Made by a program: the position numbers and the translations under genes. Below are positions 62,718 to 64,000 of a DNA stretch of 64,000 bases, piece after piece. Source of the stretch: Solirubrobacterales bacterium. Its GTDB lineage: Bacteria; Actinomycetota; Thermoleophilia; Solirubrobacterales; Solirubrobacteraceae. The notes under the pieces were generated by a model. The model was given only the letters and a program-made list of their open reading frames with translations, did not search any database and was not told the origin of the DNA. Numbering within the stretch: the stretch's first letter is position 1; every line of letters begins with the position of its first letter. Location: positions 1,820-65,819 of the forward strand of contig JAFAZV010000085.1 in assembly GCA_019239445.1 (NCBI GenBank), in the 5' to 3' direction.

Positions 62718-63554
62718 ATGGCCAGCGCAAAGCCAAACCCGTCACGAAGCAGCGCGTCTCAGAGCGGAGACCCTGAACCGCCGCGGCTGAGCCGCGCCCA
62801 GGCCGAGAAGGAGCTCGTGCGCCTTCAGCGCGAGCTCGTGATCATGCAGGAGTACGTCCGGGCGAAGGGCTTGCGCGTGGTGGTGATCTTCGAGGGGCGC
62901 GACGCCGCCGGCAAGGGCGGGGTGATCAAGCGCATCGCCGAGCGCACGAACCCGCGCGCCTGCCGCGTCGTCGCTCTTCCGGCACCGACCGAACGCGAGA
63001 AGACGCAGTGGTACTTCCAGCGCTATGTCGAGCACCTCCCGGCCGCGGGTGAGATCGTGCTGTTCGACCGCTCCTGGTACAACCGCGCCGGCGTCGAGCG
63101 GGTGATGGGCTTCTGCACCGAGGCCGAGTACGAGGAGTTCATGCGCTCGTGCCCTGAATTCGAGCGGATGCTCGTGCGCTCCGGGATCAAGCTCATCAAG
63201 TACTGGTTCTCGATCTCGGACGCCGAGCAGGAGCGGCGCTTCCAGGCACGCGCGCGCGACCCGATGCGCCGATGGAAGCTGAGCCCGATGGACCTCGAGT
63301 CGCGCGCCCGGTGGGTCGCTTACTCGCGCGCCAAGGACGAGATGTTCCGTTACACGGACATCAAAGCGGCACCGTGGTACGTCGTGGAAGCGGATGACAA
63401 GCGCCGCGCGCGGCTCAACTGCATCGCCCACCTGCTCTCGCTGATCGATTACCAGGACCTCACGCCGCCGCCGATCGAGCTGCCGCCGCGCGCGGACGAC
63501 GCCTACGTCCGGCCGCCGATCGACGAGCAGACGTTCGTACCTCGCGTCTACTGA
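62718..63554 (+). CDS. ppk2: polyphosphate kinase 2
   Basis: EGRDAAGKGG, WYFQRY, FDRSWY, WKLSPMD. Confidence 0.95.
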   Translation: MASAKPNPSRSSASQSGDPEPPRLSRAQAEKELVRLQRELVIMQEYVRAKGLRVVVIFEGRDAAGKGGVIKRIAERTNPRACRVVALPAPTEREKTQWYFQRYVEHLPAAGEIVLFDRSWYNRAGVERVMGFCTEAEYEEFMRSCPEFERMLVRSGIKLIKYWFSISDAEQERRFQARARDPMRRWKLSPMDLESRARWVAYSRAKDEMFRYTDIKAAPWYVVEADDKRRARLNCIAHLLSLIDYQDLTPPPIELPPRADDAYVRPPIDEQTFVPRVY

Positions 63555-63592
63555 GCCGCAACCCGCGCGGGACCTCACGGGTCGCACCAGAA

Positions 63593-63619
63593 ATAAAGTC
63601 GATCAACTTTATGTAGTAT
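63593..63619 (+). promoter_or_regulatory. AT-rich 20-bp palindromic operator plus -10 element
   Basis: ATAAAGT-CGATCA-ACTTTAT (63593-63612), then TAGTAT (63614-63619), 9 nt before ATG 63629. Confidence 0.65.
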
Positions 63620-63628
63620 GCGCGGGCA

Positions 63629-64000
63629 ATGCGCGTCGACGTCCACCAGCACATCTGGACCCAGCCGTTGCTCGATCACCTCTCGCGCCGGCGAACGCTC
63701 CCGCTGGTCGAGCGAAACCACGGGCTGGTCGTCCTCCACAGCGCCTGCGAGCGGCCGTATGTGATCGACGTGGACGCTGAGGCGCCGGACCGGCGCGGCG
63801 CGCTCATGCACGCCGACGGGCTCGATCTCGGGATCGTGGCGATCTCGAGCCCGATCGGGATCGAGGCGCTACCCCGTGGGGAGGCGGTGGAGCTGATCGA
63901 GGCGCATCTCGCGGGGAGCGAGGCCTTGCCCGGGGAGTTCGCCCGCTGGGGACCGATCGCGCTGGACGAGCTCGACCCAATCGACGTCGACTCGATGCTC
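63629..64000 (+). CDS. amidohydrolase-family protein, N-terminal part (runs off the window)
   Basis: Not in the ORF track. Manual translation MRVDVHQHIWTQPLL...GLDLGIVAISSPIGIE has the DxHxH metal motif and is open to the window end. Confidence 0.75.
   Translation, partial: MRVDVHQHIWTQPLLDHLSRRRTLPLVERNHGLVVLHSACERPYVIDVDAEAPDRRGALMHADGLDLGIVAISSPIGIEALPRGEAVELIEAHLAGSEALPGEFARWGPIALDELDPIDVDSML

Overview
High-GC, actinobacterial-type DNA (a Thermoleophilia/Solirubrobacterales-like host is my inference only). Almost the whole window reads as one hypoxia/fermentation island. Regulation: a DosS-like GAF-GAF heme kinase, an unlinked NarL-type regulator and a recurring 18-bp palindrome before most operons. 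Carbon entry: a trehalose phosphatase/GH65/beta-PGM-like set and eight glycolytic enzymes including PPDK and a PFK with a PPi-type signature. Pyruvate and redox: PFOR flanked by GltD-like and DHOD-like flavoproteins, AdhE, EtfAB and a membrane FadF/EMO-type oxidoreductase. Storage and stress: WS/DGAT, PhaB, a PhaC/PhaZ-like hydrolase, MaoC-Pta, USP, CBS, PPK2 and a divergent acetyltransferase/deacetylase pair. The centre is an operon of acyl-CoA dehydrogenase, a 2860-aa iterative PKS/FAS (KS-AT-KS-ACPx3-KR-DH, no ER, no TE), a eukaryote-like single-chain acetyl-CoA carboxylase and a PPTase. All three ACPs carry Thr (GIDT) where the phosphopantetheine Ser normally sits, and ACP2 has no Ser at all. 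My best candidate for an undescribed system is a PKS-based fermentative electron sink, possibly using Thr-linked phosphopantetheine. I found no rRNA, tRNA, CRISPR or mobile element. All calls come from motif recognition by eye; no searches were run.
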